A stretch of 64,000 nt of DNA from Gammaproteobacteria bacterium (GTDB lineage Bacteria; Pseudomonadota; Gammaproteobacteria; Eutrophobiales; Eutrophobiaceae). This document shows positions 52,907 through 62,924 of this stretch, piece by piece (position 1 is the first letter of the stretch; each line of letters starts with the position of its first letter). The notes under the pieces are model-generated. The model was not told the DNA's origin. It saw nothing but the letters and a program-made list of their open reading frames with translations, and searched no databases. A program made the translations under genes and the position numbers. The stretch covers positions 1,856,001 through 1,920,000 of the forward strand of contig CBDEUK010000002.1 in the NCBI GenBank assembly GCA_965243205.1, read 5' to 3'.

Positions 52907-52952
52907 AGAATTTCAAGCTAATCTTAGAAGACGGATTAACAATTTTTTTACT

Positions 52953-53585
52953 ATGTCTAAACCATTAACCATTGCTATCTCTAAAGGTCGAATTCTTGAA
53001 GATTTTTTGCCTCTATTGAGTAAGCTCGATATCAATTCTGAAGAAGATCCTTCTTCAACACGTAAATTAATTTTACAGACTGATAAACCTGGCATTCAAT
53101 TTATTATTGTTCGAGCAACCGATGTACCTACTTATGTAGAGCATGGAGCTGCTGATATGGGTATTGCAGGTAAAGATGTGTTACTTGAATATGGCAGTGA
53201 TGATTTATACGAACCAGTCGATTTAAAAATTGCTAGCTGCCGATTAATGGTTGCAGCAAAAAAAGATCAGGGCATACCTCAAGGTCGGCTTAGGGTCGCT
53301 ACCAAATACGTTAATATTGCTCGAGAATATTTTGCTCGACAAGGTCGTCAAGTTGAAATTATAAAACTTTATGGTTCTATGGAATTAGCGCCATTATTAG
53401 ATTTAGCAGATGTGATTGTCGATTTAGTAGATACAGGGAATACCTTAAAGGCAAATGGTTTAGAGCCTTTGGAGTTGATTACTAATATCAGTTCACGTTT
53501 AGTGGTTAACAAAGGGTCCATGAAAATGAAACAGGATTTAATTAAACCACTATTGAAGCAATTAGAAAGTTTGGTTTCAGAATAA
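52953..53585 (+). CDS. hisG: ATP phosphoribosyltransferase, short form (needs HisZ)
   Basis: [31 protein letters not shown]; 210 aa with no C-terminal regulatory domain. Confidence 0.96.
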   Translation: MSKPLTIAISKGRILEDFLPLLSKLDINSEEDPSSTRKLILQTDKPGIQFIIVRATDVPTYVEHGAADMGIAGKDVLLEYGSDDLYEPVDLKIASCRLMVAAKKDQGIPQGRLRVATKYVNIAREYFARQGRQVEIIKLYGSMELAPLLDLADVIVDLVDTGNTLKANGLEPLELITNISSRLVVNKGSMKMKQDLIKPLLKQLESLVSE

Positions 53586-53588
53586 CGA

Positions 53589-54881
53589 ATGAAGATTCAA
53601 CAACTCAATAGTAAAGACGATGATTTTGAACAATCATTGAGCCAACTGTTGGCCAGTAGTGACGAGCCAGATCAAAATATTACATCTACAGTAAGTAATA
53701 TCATTGCAGATATAAGACAAAACGGCGATGAAGCGTTATTAAAATATACGAATCAATTTGATCGACGTGATGCACGTATTAATGATCTCGAAATATCCCA
53801 AGAACGATTAGAGAAATCTTTGTCAGTAATCTCATCTGAGATAAAGACGGCACTTGAGCAAGCGGCTCAACGAATTGAAAATTTTCATCAAAAACAAAAA
53901 GAAGAATCATGGACCTATACCGATGAAACTGGCACTGAGCTAGGTCAACAAGTTACACCGCTTGATCGTGTGGGCGTATATGTCCCTGGAGGCAAAGCTG
54001 CTTATCCTTCTTCAGTGTTAATGAATGTTATTCCTGCCAAAGTGGCAGGAGTAAAAGAAATCATCATGGTCGTACCAACGCCCGATGATGAGATTAATGA
54101 TATGGTAATGGCGGCTGCTAAGATTGCTGGAGTCGATAGAGTATTCAGTGTGGGTGGGGCTCAAGCCGTTGCTGCTTTAGCTTATGGTACTGAATCAGTT
54201 CCAAAGGTAGATAAGATAGTTGGCCCTGGAAATATCTATGTAGCCACTGCTAAACGTATGGTGTTTGGTACGGTGGGTATCGATATGATCGCTGGACCTT
54301 CTGAAATATTAGTTGTTTCTGATGGTGATACTAATCCTAATTGGTTAGCAATGGATCTGTTTGCTCAAGCAGAACACGATGAGGAAGCATGTTCCATTTT
54401 AGTTTCTCCAAGTCAGGAATGTTTGGATAAAGTGGCAGCAAGTATTGATAAATTACTCAATGATATGGAACGTTCCTCGATTATTGAAACGGCATTAAAG
54501 GCCAATGGTGCATTGATTAAAGTAAATGACATGGATGAGGCATGTGATGTTATCAATCGAATCGCGCCAGAACATTTAGAGTTATCTGTTGCCGATCCAA
54601 AAGCCCTATTACCTAAGATTCGTCACGCGGGCGCGATATTCATGGGACGTTATACTGCAGAAGTACTTGGTGATTATTGTGCTGGGCCTAATCATGTATT
54701 ACCTACGGCCAGAACTGCTCGCTTCTCTTCTCCGTTAGGTGTTTATGATTTTCAAAAGCGATCATCGCTTATATTTTGCAGTGAAGATTCTGCAGTTGAT
54801 TTAGCAAAGTTAGCTTCACCTTTAGCAAGAGGAGAAGGTTTAACAGCGCATGCGCGATCAGCAGAATATAGAATTAAATAA
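53589..54881 (+). CDS. hisD: Histidinol dehydrogenase
   Basis: [37 protein letters not shown]. Confidence 0.97.
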   Translation: MKIQQLNSKDDDFEQSLSQLLASSDEPDQNITSTVSNIIADIRQNGDEALLKYTNQFDRRDARINDLEISQERLEKSLSVISSEIKTALEQAAQRIENFHQKQKEESWTYTDETGTELGQQVTPLDRVGVYVPGGKAAYPSSVLMNVIPAKVAGVKEIIMVVPTPDDEINDMVMAAAKIAGVDRVFSVGGAQAVAALAYGTESVPKVDKIVGPGNIYVATAKRMVFGTVGIDMIAGPSEILVVSDGDTNPNWLAMDLFAQAEHDEEACSILVSPSQECLDKVAASIDKLLNDMERSSIIETALKANGALIKVNDMDEACDVINRIAPEHLELSVADPKALLPKIRHAGAIFMGRYTAEVLGDYCAGPNHVLPTARTARFSSPLGVYDFQKRSSLIFCSEDSAVDLAKLASPLARGEGLTAHARSAEYRIK

Positions 54882-54895
54882 TTCATCCCTGACAT

Positions 54896-55978
54896 ATGTC
54901 GATAGAAGATAGAGTCAAACGTTGGGTTAAGCCAACTGTTCAATCCATGTCTGCATATAAAGTCGCTGACTCTGCTGGCATGATCAAACTCGATGCAATG
55001 GAAAATCCTTACGCACTTCCAGATGATGTATTAAATTCTTATATAGCAAAACTAAAGACAGCAGAAATTAATCGCTATCCTGATCCTGATTGTGAAACTT
55101 TAAAACCATTACTAAGAGAAACATTCGGTATACCAAACGATTTAGAACTATTGTTTGGTAACGGTTCAGATGAATTAATTCAGCTGATTATTATGAGCGT
55201 TGCTGAATCAGGCAGAGCTATTATGGCACCAGAGCCTAGTTTCGTAATGTATCAAGTGGTTGCTGAGTCTTTAGGTTTAAATTTTATAGGCACACCTTTA
55301 AAAGATGACTTTTCAATTGATTTAGAAAACACACTTAGCTTAATTGAAAAAGAACAACCTGCGGTTATTTTTTTAGCTTATCCGAATAACCCAACAGGAA
55401 ACTGTTTTAATAAATCCGACATTGAGGAAATCATAAATCTAGCTGAAGGTTTAGTTGTTATTGATGAAGCCTATCAAATCTTTTCCAAGCAAAGTTATAT
55501 CGATTCGATAAACAATTATGAAAATATTTTAGTTTTGCGCACTTTATCAAAAGCAGGATTGGCAGGTTTACGGTTTGGTTTTTTAGTTGGCCATCCCACT
55601 TGGTTAAATCAAATGAATAAAATTCGTTTGCCCTACAATATAAATAGCCTAACTCAAGTAAGCTTAGAGTTTTTTCTTAACCATTATCACGTCTTATTGG
55701 AACAAGCAGACCAGATCATTGATGAGAGGAATAATCTCTTTACTCAGTTATCGAATATACAGTCGTTAAAAGTTTATCCCAGTGATGCTAATTTTATTTT
55801 ATTCAAACTGCTAAATGATTCTTCAGATTTAGTGTTTGAGGCATTACTTAAAAATAAGATTCTCATCAAAAAATTTAGCCAATCACAGTCATATTTGTTG
55901 AATTGTCTTCGGGTCAGTATTGGAAAACCAGCAGAAAACAAAGCTTTTATGACATATATGACAAAATATCTATCATAA
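54896..55978 (+). CDS. hisC: Histidinol-phosphate aminotransferase
   Basis: LDAMENP, NRYPD, GNGSDE, PNNPTG, DEAY, RTLSK.GLAGLR. Confidence 0.95.
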   Translation: MSIEDRVKRWVKPTVQSMSAYKVADSAGMIKLDAMENPYALPDDVLNSYIAKLKTAEINRYPDPDCETLKPLLRETFGIPNDLELLFGNGSDELIQLIIMSVAESGRAIMAPEPSFVMYQVVAESLGLNFIGTPLKDDFSIDLENTLSLIEKEQPAVIFLAYPNNPTGNCFNKSDIEEIINLAEGLVVIDEAYQIFSKQSYIDSINNYENILVLRTLSKAGLAGLRFGFLVGHPTWLNQMNKIRLPYNINSLTQVSLEFFLNHYHVLLEQADQIIDERNNLFTQLSNIQSLKVYPSDANFILFKLLNDSSDLVFEALLKNKILIKKFSQSQSYLLNCLRVSIGKPAENKAFMTYMTKYLS

Positions 55979-55990
55979 AAAATCATTAAG

Positions 55991-56083
55991 TATCAATTAG
56001 TTAGATAAACAATCATAATGTAAATGTAATATTTGTCACAATTCTGTAATATTTGTAACATTATTGTAATATTCGTCTATACT
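55991..56083 (+). promoter_or_regulatory. IHF site, 3x 20-bp direct-repeat operator array and -10 element
   Basis: TATCAATTAGTTA (55991-56003); TGTAATATT at 56025, 56045 and 56065; TATACT at 56078. Confidence 0.7.
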
Positions 56084-56177
56084 TTCTTAAATAGTCATTT
56101 TTTTTGACTAACAATTTAGAAAAATAAGCACTTGAGATTTCGTTTATGGAAATGGAGCTCAAGGTTAGGAGACAGCA

Positions 56178-56318
56178 ATGAAGTATATGTTACAAAAATG
56201 GAAAACGTTCATGCATGAGGTTGATCCCAATGAGGTTATTGGCCTATTTTTCATTGGAGTTACCACGATATTTTTTATCTTTTTTTGGATGGTAATCCTT
56301 TCTAATATTATTAAATAA
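56178..56318 (+). CDS. Unannotated 46-aa single-TM membrane microprotein
   Basis: RBS AGGAG (56167-71), ATG 56178, TAA ending 56318; MKYMLQKWKTFMHEVDPNEVIGLFFIGVTTIFFIFFWMVILSNIIK. Confidence 0.7.
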   Translation: MKYMLQKWKTFMHEVDPNEVIGLFFIGVTTIFFIFFWMVILSNIIK

Positions 56319-56334
56319 CCTTTATTTTAAGCAG

Positions 56335-57489
56335 TTATTTAAATTGTGGACGTTGTGAAACCGTCGCATTAAGAATTATCTCATCCCATGCTCGCAGTAC
56401 GGTTAACTTTATATTGCTACCAGGTCTAATCTGAGCAATAAAGTTAATTGCTTGTTGTGGGTTGTTAATTGTTATGTTGTTTATCTTGGTGATGATATCA
56501 CCAGGCATTAACCCAGCCTTGTGAGCAGGGCCATTTTGCATTAATCCAGCTATTAACACGCCACCTTCGAATAAACTCATTTGTCTTTGTACTTCAGGTG
56601 GTATTGCTTGGGCTTCTATGCCTAACCATCCTCTAACAACTTTTCCATAAGCGATAAGTTGCCACATAACATCCAACGCTAAGTTAATAGGTGTAGCTAG
56701 ACCTATACCTTGTGACGCTCCATCACTTGATAAGATAGCGGTATTGATGCCCAATAATCTTCCATAAGCATCTACTAATGCTCCGCCTGAATTACCAGGG
56801 TTAATTGAAGCATCTGTTTGTATGAAATCTTCAAAAGTAGATATGCCTAAGCTCCTACGGCCGGTAGCACTGACAATACCTTGAGTAACCGTTTGACCGA
56901 TATTGAAAGGATTACCAATGGCCAAGACAACATCACCAACTAATAACTTATTAGAATCAGCGATTGGGATAACAGGTAGGTTATCAAGGTCTATTTTAAG
57001 AACTGCTAAGTCAGTATCTGTATCAGCACCGATGATTTTAGCGTCAGATTGGCGGCCATCTTGCAAGGTAACGGTAACAACATCAGCATTTTTGATGACA
57101 TGGGCGTTGGTGAGAACGTATCCAGCACTGTCGAGAATAACCCCTGAGCCTAGGTTATTCGATTCTTTTTGTTCAGGAACAGTAACAGCTTCGCCAAAAA
57201 AACGTCGAAAAGCCGGGTCTTGAAAGAGAGGATGTGAGGCTTGTTGACGGTATTGAATACTGTAGATGTTAACAACGGCTGGCGCTGCAATTTTAACCGC
57301 GCTGTTATAGCTATATGGTTGTTGCAGAGAAAGCGAGTTAACAGTATTGTTCAGGGTTTTGACAATTGGTGAATCAATAGGCTCTATTTGACTAGGATTT
57401 GTTGATGATGAGAAATTCAATTTTTGCAGCAGCAGGATGAGTCCTGCGGCTCCAAGTCCTATCAGAATTGAACGAAAAACAAAATTCAC
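56335..57489 (-). CDS. degS: DegS/AlgW-like HtrA protease (one PDZ domain)
   Basis: N-terminal TM helix, LTNAHV, TDLAVL, IQTDASINPGNSGG, single PDZ. Confidence 0.9.
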   Translation of the reverse strand: MNFVFRSILIGLGAAGLILLLQKLNFSSSTNPSQIEPIDSPIVKTLNNTVNSLSLQQPYSYNSAVKIAAPAVVNIYSIQYRQQASHPLFQDPAFRRFFGEAVTVPEQKESNNLGSGVILDSAGYVLTNAHVIKNADVVTVTLQDGRQSDAKIIGADTDTDLAVLKIDLDNLPVIPIADSNKLLVGDVVLAIGNPFNIGQTVTQGIVSATGRRSLGISTFEDFIQTDASINPGNSGGALVDAYGRLLGINTAILSSDGASQGIGLATPINLALDVMWQLIAYGKVVRGWLGIEAQAIPPEVQRQMSLFEGGVLIAGLMQNGPAHKAGLMPGDIITKINNITINNPQQAINFIAQIRPGSNIKLTVLRAWDEIILNATVSQRPQFK

Positions 57490-57629
57490 TGTTGATTTAA
57501 ACCTTTTTTAAGCTAGGTTTTCAATGGTGTCAGAAAAATTTGTAGAATCAAGGATTAAAGTTTCAGAGTGGTATTAAATTTGAAGTAATAAGTAGTATTT
57601 TTTAAAGTTATCAATGAGAGAGATGTATT

Positions 57630-58223
57630 ATGAGTAACGAGGGGATTGATCAGAGTCGTCGGCAATTTCTAACTACTGCAGCAACTGTTACCGGGGGAGT
57701 CGGTGCAGCTGCAACTGCAGTTCCATTTATTTCAACCATGACTCCAAGCGCCAAGGCTAAGGCTATTGGTGCGCCAGTAGAAGTCGACGTCAGTGAGCTT
57801 CAACCTGGTGAGCGTATGACGGTTAAATGGCAGGGTAAGCCAGTTTGGATATTGCGTCGTACCGATGAAAGTGTTTCTGATTTAGATAAATTGGATAGCG
57901 CTGTTTCCGATCCAGATTCTTCATTAAATCAACAACCAGACTACGCAAAAAATAAACATCGCTCTATAAAATCAGAATATTTAGTCGTCATAGGGCTATG
58001 TACACATTTAGGTTGTTCGCCATCCTTAGTTAATAAAGATGAAGAGCATCAATTAGGCTCTGATTGGCAAGGAGGATTTTTTTGTCCTTGTCATGGTTCA
58101 CGTTTTGACCTTGCTGGTAGAGTATTTTCAGGTGTGCCTGCACCAGCAAATTTAGTGATTCCTCCTCACTACTATATCAGTGATAACAAAATCATGATTG
58201 GCGAAGATCAGGAGGCAAGCTAA
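57630..58223 (+). CDS. petA: Cytochrome bc1 Rieske subunit
   Basis: Tat motif SRRQFL, CTHLGC, CPCHGS. Confidence 0.97.
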   Translation: MSNEGIDQSRRQFLTTAATVTGGVGAAATAVPFISTMTPSAKAKAIGAPVEVDVSELQPGERMTVKWQGKPVWILRRTDESVSDLDKLDSAVSDPDSSLNQQPDYAKNKHRSIKSEYLVVIGLCTHLGCSPSLVNKDEEHQLGSDWQGGFFCPCHGSRFDLAGRVFSGVPAPANLVIPPHYYISDNKIMIGEDQEAS

Positions 58224-59482
58224 TGAGTAAGGTTATTGAAGGTTTAACAGGTGTAAGGAATTGGGTAGATGACCGATTTCCATTAATGAGTCTTTGGAAT
58301 GATCATCTAGCAAAATATTATGCCCCGAAAAATTTTAATTTTTGGTATTTCTTTGGTTCGCTTGCTTTATTAGTTCTAGTCATTCAAATCGTTACCGGAA
58401 TTTGGTTGACCATGAATTATAAGCCATCTGCTGATGATGCTTTTGCCTCGGTAGAGTACATCATGCGTGATGTGCCATGGGGCTGGTTAATCCGCTATAT
58501 GCATTCCACTGGCGCTTCTGCCTTTTTCATAGTGATTTATTGTCATATGTTCCGTGGGCTACTGTACGGATCATTTAAGAAGCCAAGAGAACTTGTTTGG
58601 TTAACAGGAATGATTATTTATCTGTGTTTAATGGGTGAAGCATTCTTTGGCTATCTACTACCTTGGGGTCAGATGTCATATTGGGGTGCTCAAGTTATTA
58701 TTTCTTTATTTGGTGCCGTTCCTTTTATAGGTCCTGACCTTGCTGAATTAATTCGAGGTGACTATGTTGTATCAGATATTACTTTGAATCGATTTTTTTC
58801 ATTGCACGTTATTGCGTTTCCATTAGTAATATGTGGATTAGCATTAACACATATCATCGCTTTACATGAAGTGGGTTCTAATAATCCTGATGGTGTGGAT
58901 ATTAAAAAGAAGAAAGATGAAAACGGTGTGCCGTTAGATGGTATTCCTTTTCATCCATACTACACAGTTAAAGATATAGTTGGTGTAGTCGTTTTTCTTA
59001 TCTTTTTTTGTGGCATTGTATTCTTTGCGCCTGAGATGAAAGTACCTGGAACGCATGGCTTGTTTTTAGAAAGCGCAAACTTTGTTCCAGCTGATCCATT
59101 AAAAACACCCGAACACATTGCACCAGTTTGGTATTTCACGCCTTACTATGCAATCTTACGTGCAGTACCTTCTATAGCAGGTTCAGCTTTTCCTGGTGTA
59201 GTAGCTATGGGACTTGCGGTTATGTTGTTCTTATTTCTACCTTGGTTAGACAGAAGTCCTGTCAAATCTGTCCGCTATAGAGGTTGGAAATATAAAACGG
59301 CATTAACCTTATTTGTAATCAGTTTTATTTCGTTAGGTTATTTAGGCATGCAAGTATCAACACCAGTGTTGACTGCCTTAGCAAGATTTTTCACGGTTAT
59401 ATATTTTGCATTTTTCTTATTGATGCCTTGGTATACCAAAGACGATACCGATAAGCCAGTTCCAGAGAGGGTCACAAAATGA
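58223..59482 (+). CDS. petB: Cytochrome b
   Basis: RYMHSTGAS, GYLLPWGQMSYWG, RFFSLH, PVWY. Confidence 0.97.
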   Translation: MSKVIEGLTGVRNWVDDRFPLMSLWNDHLAKYYAPKNFNFWYFFGSLALLVLVIQIVTGIWLTMNYKPSADDAFASVEYIMRDVPWGWLIRYMHSTGASAFFIVIYCHMFRGLLYGSFKKPRELVWLTGMIIYLCLMGEAFFGYLLPWGQMSYWGAQVIISLFGAVPFIGPDLAELIRGDYVVSDITLNRFFSLHVIAFPLVICGLALTHIIALHEVGSNNPDGVDIKKKKDENGVPLDGIPFHPYYTVKDIVGVVVFLIFFCGIVFFAPEMKVPGTHGLFLESANFVPADPLKTPEHIAPVWYFTPYYAILRAVPSIAGSAFPGVVAMGLAVMLFLFLPWLDRSPVKSVRYRGWKYKTALTLFVISFISLGYLGMQVSTPVLTALARFFTVIYFAFFLLMPWYTKDDTDKPVPERVTK

Positions 59483-60219
59483 TTAAGCGTTTAGTACTTA
59501 TTATTAGCTTGTGTCTCCCTTTGATGGCGAGTGCTGCAGGAGGCGGACATTTATATGAATTTAAGCCTGATCTAGGCAATGAAAAGTCTCTACAGCAGGG
59601 TGCGCGAGTATTTATCAACTATTGCATGGGGTGCCACTCGGCGGATTACATGCGTTATAACCGTATCGGCGAAGATTTAAATATCGCAGATGAAGCGTTA
59701 AATGCCAATTTTATGTTTGGTACCGATAAATCAGGTAACACCATGGGGGTCTCTATGAGAAAGCAAGATGGTGAAGCCTTTTTTGGTGTTACCCCTCCAG
59801 ATCTCTCAGTCATAGCTCGTTCTCGTGGCGCGAAATGGTTGTATACCTATTTCATGACCTTCTATATTGACGAATCCAGGCCCTTTGGTGTTAACAATCT
59901 GGTTTTTAAAGATGTTGGTATGCCTCATGTATTGTGGGAGTTACAAGGTTGGCAAAAACCTGTTTATGAAACGGTGACAGATGAAGATGGTCATGATCAT
60001 AAAGTGATCAAAACATTAGAGTTAGTAAAACCAGGTCGTCAATCACCAGAAGAATATCAACAAACAGTTACTGATTTGGTGAACTTCTTAGTCTATTTGG
60101 GTGAACCGGCACAGTTACAGCGTAAAAAAATTGGCCTTTGGGTCTTGTTGTATCTAGCACTTATTTTGTTACCAGTGACGTATTTACTCAAAAAAGATTA
60201 CTGGAAAGACATTCATTAG
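59479..60219 (+). CDS. petC: Cytochrome c1
   Basis: CMGCH, PPDLS, GMPHVL, C-terminal TM helix. Confidence 0.96.
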   Translation: MIKRLVLIISLCLPLMASAAGGGHLYEFKPDLGNEKSLQQGARVFINYCMGCHSADYMRYNRIGEDLNIADEALNANFMFGTDKSGNTMGVSMRKQDGEAFFGVTPPDLSVIARSRGAKWLYTYFMTFYIDESRPFGVNNLVFKDVGMPHVLWELQGWQKPVYETVTDEDGHDHKVIKTLELVKPGRQSPEEYQQTVTDLVNFLVYLGEPAQLQRKKIGLWVLLYLALILLPVTYLLKKDYWKDIH

Positions 60220-60281
60220 CCCAAGAGCGTGTCGATTTGTAGTATAATTCCGCCCTTAATTTGTCTTTAGATGGGGGAAAT

Positions 60282-60917
60282 ATGGTTACTATGGCCAATC
60301 GTCGTTCAATCATGGTGCTCTATTCGGATTTGAGTGATCCATATGGTCATTCAACTCGAATCGTGTTGGCGGAAAAAGATATCAATGTTGAAATCAATTA
60401 CATTGAATCAGGGGAGATTCCACAAGAATTAGCAGAATTGAATCCTTACAATTCAATATTAACGTTAATCGATCGGGACCTTGTGTTGTACGATGCACAA
60501 ATCATTATGGAATATCTAGATGAGCGTTTTCCTCATCCTCCATTGCTACCGGTTGACCCAGTGAATCGAGCCAGTAACCGACAATATCGCCATCGAGTAT
60601 TGAAAGATCTATATAGCTTATTAGACGATCTATACAGTGATAATGATATTGCTTCGACCAATGCGCGAAAAAGTTTTCGTGATCAATTAACAGCAATTGC
60701 GCCAATTTTTTCACAAAAACCATTCTTCATGTCAGATGAATACACGTTGGTTGATTGTTGTATGGCACCGTTGTTATGGCGTTTAGGTGAGTTTGGTATC
60801 AAATTACCACCATCTGCAAAACCGCTTCAAGAATATGCTAAACGAATCTTTGAACGTGAGGCATTTCAAACTAGCTTGTCAGAGTATGAAAAAGAATTAA
60901 ATGTTGCTGAAGCATAG
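60282..60917 (+). CDS. sspA: Stringent starvation protein A
   Basis: RIVLAEK, LNPYN, DRDLVLY, EYLDERFPHPPLLPVDP; ATG 60282 follows GGGG. Confidence 0.95.
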   Translation: MVTMANRRSIMVLYSDLSDPYGHSTRIVLAEKDINVEINYIESGEIPQELAELNPYNSILTLIDRDLVLYDAQIIMEYLDERFPHPPLLPVDPVNRASNRQYRHRVLKDLYSLLDDLYSDNDIASTNARKSFRDQLTAIAPIFSQKPFFMSDEYTLVDCCMAPLLWRLGEFGIKLPPSAKPLQEYAKRIFEREAFQTSLSEYEKELNVAEA

Positions 60918-60927
60918 TTAATCAAAC

Positions 60928-61350
60928 ATGACGCCGAATCGACCCTATTTTCTTCGAGCTATCAACGATTGGATCATTGATAATCAAATGACGCCACATT
61001 TATTAGTTGATGCAACTCAAGAAGGAGTGGTAGTGCCTGAGCAATATATCGATGATGGCAAAATAATTTTAAATATTTCACCCGTTGCAATAGAAAGGGC
61101 TGAGTTTGGAAATGATTGGGTCTTTTTCTCTGCTCGATTTAACGGCAAACAGTTTAATATTGAATTACCTATTTCAGCGATAATTGCAATTTATGCTAAA
61201 GAAAATGGGCGTGGTATGGTATTTCCTGAAGAGGAAGTTGATGATGATGCAGATTCAAAAAGCTTAACTGAATCTGCACCAGATACATCAGGAGATACTA
61301 AACCTCAAACAGGGACGAAAAGTCCTCCACACTTAACAATTGTCAAATAA
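60928..61350 (+). CDS. sspB: ClpXP adaptor SspB
   Basis: RPYFLRA, TPHLLVDA, FSARFNG, YAKENGRG, C-terminal HLTIVK. Confidence 0.96.
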   Translation: MTPNRPYFLRAINDWIIDNQMTPHLLVDATQEGVVVPEQYIDDGKIILNISPVAIERAEFGNDWVFFSARFNGKQFNIELPISAIIAIYAKENGRGMVFPEEEVDDDADSKSLTESAPDTSGDTKPQTGTKSPPHLTIVK

Positions 61351-61351
61351 G

Positions 61352-61933
61352 TTATTGGTATAAAAAGAGTTTAACGACTTTCTGTAAGCCAGCAGTATTT
61401 TGTGCTATCTCTGTGGCTTTATCCCCTTCTTCTCTACTTACCAAACCCATTAAGTAAGCAGTACCACGTTCTGTAAAAACCTTTATGTGAATTCCTGCAA
61501 GCTCTTCATCTGCGATTAATTTTGTTTTTAGTTTTGAAGATAACAAGGTGTCATTACCGCGCGAAGTAAAAGAAGCTGGAGCTGCTATAGCAATCTCATC
61601 ATATACATGTGAAACCTTTTCTACATTTTTCACAATGTTAATAACTCGTTCTCTAAGCTCAGGTGTGGGTGCTTCTCCAGTTACTAGTACATAAGTGTTG
61701 TAACTAGTTACATTAATATGAGTTTTTTCATTTAGTTCAGGATCCTCATCGATAAGGCCATGAGCTTTTAACTCAATTGCCTGATCTTCAACCACAGTGC
61801 CAGTCGTTCGCCGATCATTAGCAACGGCAGCTGCGGTTGCTCCACCACCGATTACTGCTGCGGCACAACCATTTAATAGGAGTAAAATACTGGTTAAAAA
61901 TAGAATAGGACTCAGGTTCTTTTGCATTTTCAT
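61352..61933 (-). CDS. dolP: Double-BON lipoprotein DolP/YraP
   Basis: Lipobox LNGC, DRRTTGTVVED, two BON domains, YLMGLV. Confidence 0.9.
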   Translation of the reverse strand: MKMQKNLSPILFLTSILLLLNGCAAAVIGGGATAAAVANDRRTTGTVVEDQAIELKAHGLIDEDPELNEKTHINVTSYNTYVLVTGEAPTPELRERVINIVKNVEKVSHVYDEIAIAAPASFTSRGNDTLLSSKLKTKLIADEELAGIHIKVFTERGTAYLMGLVSREEGDKATEIAQNTAGLQKVVKLFLYQ

Positions 61934-61940
61934 ATCTCAA

Positions 61941-62528
61941 TTATTGGCCTAGTAAGTAATGATCTATTAAATCACAAATACAATGAATAGAAAGTAAATG
62001 TGTTTCGGTAATTCGTTTTGTATCCCAGCTTGGGACACGTATCTCAATATCTTGTTCCCGTAATAAGTCGGCAATTTGACCGCCATCACATCCAGACAAA
62101 ACAATTAGTGACATATTACGATCATGTGCTGCATCGACCGCATGAATGATGTTATGAGATTCTGCACTAGTAGTAATAATAAACATTACATCACCTTCTT
62201 GTCCTAGAGCGCGAATTTGTTTAGCAAAGATGTCTGCGAATTGGAAGTCAATGGCTATGGAAGACATTAAGGAAGCATTTGAATTCAGCGAGATGGAAGG
62301 CAGACCAGGTCGATCGATCTCAAAACGGTTAACTAAGTAATTAGTGAATATTTCGGCTAAATTGCCTGAACTATTATTGCCACAGCTTAAAACTTTTTTT
62401 TCGTTAAACAAACAATCGGTGATGATTTTTGCGGCGTTAATGTATTGTGGTGTTAATAACTCATTACATTCAGCAAACAATTCAATGCTATTGTTAATTA
62501 TATCATTGGGTTTTTTTGATAATTCCAT
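61941..62528 (-). CDS. diaA: SIS-domain protein, DiaA/GmhA family (GmhA catalytic residues degenerate)
   Basis: NRFEIDRPGLP, FAKQIRALGQEGD; located in the lpoA-yraN-diaA-dolP block. Confidence 0.7.
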   Translation of the reverse strand: MELSKKPNDIINNSIELFAECNELLTPQYINAAKIITDCLFNEKKVLSCGNNSSGNLAEIFTNYLVNRFEIDRPGLPSISLNSNASLMSSIAIDFQFADIFAKQIRALGQEGDVMFIITTSAESHNIIHAVDAAHDRNMSLIVLSGCDGGQIADLLREQDIEIRVPSWDTKRITETHLLSIHCICDLIDHYLLGQ

Positions 62529-62552
62529 GAAGAACAGTCTATTTTTTAATAG

Positions 62553-62918
62553 TTATAGCTGGAACGCGTTCTTAATCCAATTTATTTCTGGCTGGTTTAA
62601 ATTTTGATTTACGATGACAACATCATAGCGAACATTATAATCTTTTATATGTTGATTGTTGAGTAAAAAATATTGGCTGGTGGTGATGATTTTTTGTTGT
62701 TTTTTATAATCTATGGATTCAATGGTCTGCATAAAATCGGCTTTATTTCGATGACGAACTTCAATAAAAACTAGATCCAGATCATCCGTCATGATCAAAT
62801 CAATTTCACCTTGTCGACAATAATAATTTTTTTCGATAAGACAAAGTTTATGACGAGATAAAAATTTATAAGCAATTTTCTCTGCTTCAGCACCACGAAT
62901 CCTTGTGTTTTTTTTCAT
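62553..62918 (-). CDS. yraN: YraN/UPF0102 family protein
   Basis: GAEAE, NYYCRQGEIDLIM, VFIEVR, RYDVV, WIKNAF. Confidence 0.93.
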   Translation of the reverse strand: MKKNTRIRGAEAEKIAYKFLSRHKLCLIEKNYYCRQGEIDLIMTDDLDLVFIEVRHRNKADFMQTIESIDYKKQQKIITTSQYFLLNNQHIKDYNVRYDVVIVNQNLNQPEINWIKNAFQL

Positions 62919-62924
62919 AGAAAC

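Noticed and set aside
56025-56084. Mini-CRISPR interpretation of the 20-bp repeats
   Set aside because: Units are too short, have no unique spacers, and no cas genes are present; they fit an operator array
59100-59140. PVWY instead of PEWY in cytochrome b
   Set aside because: Known normal variant in beta- and gammaproteobacteria
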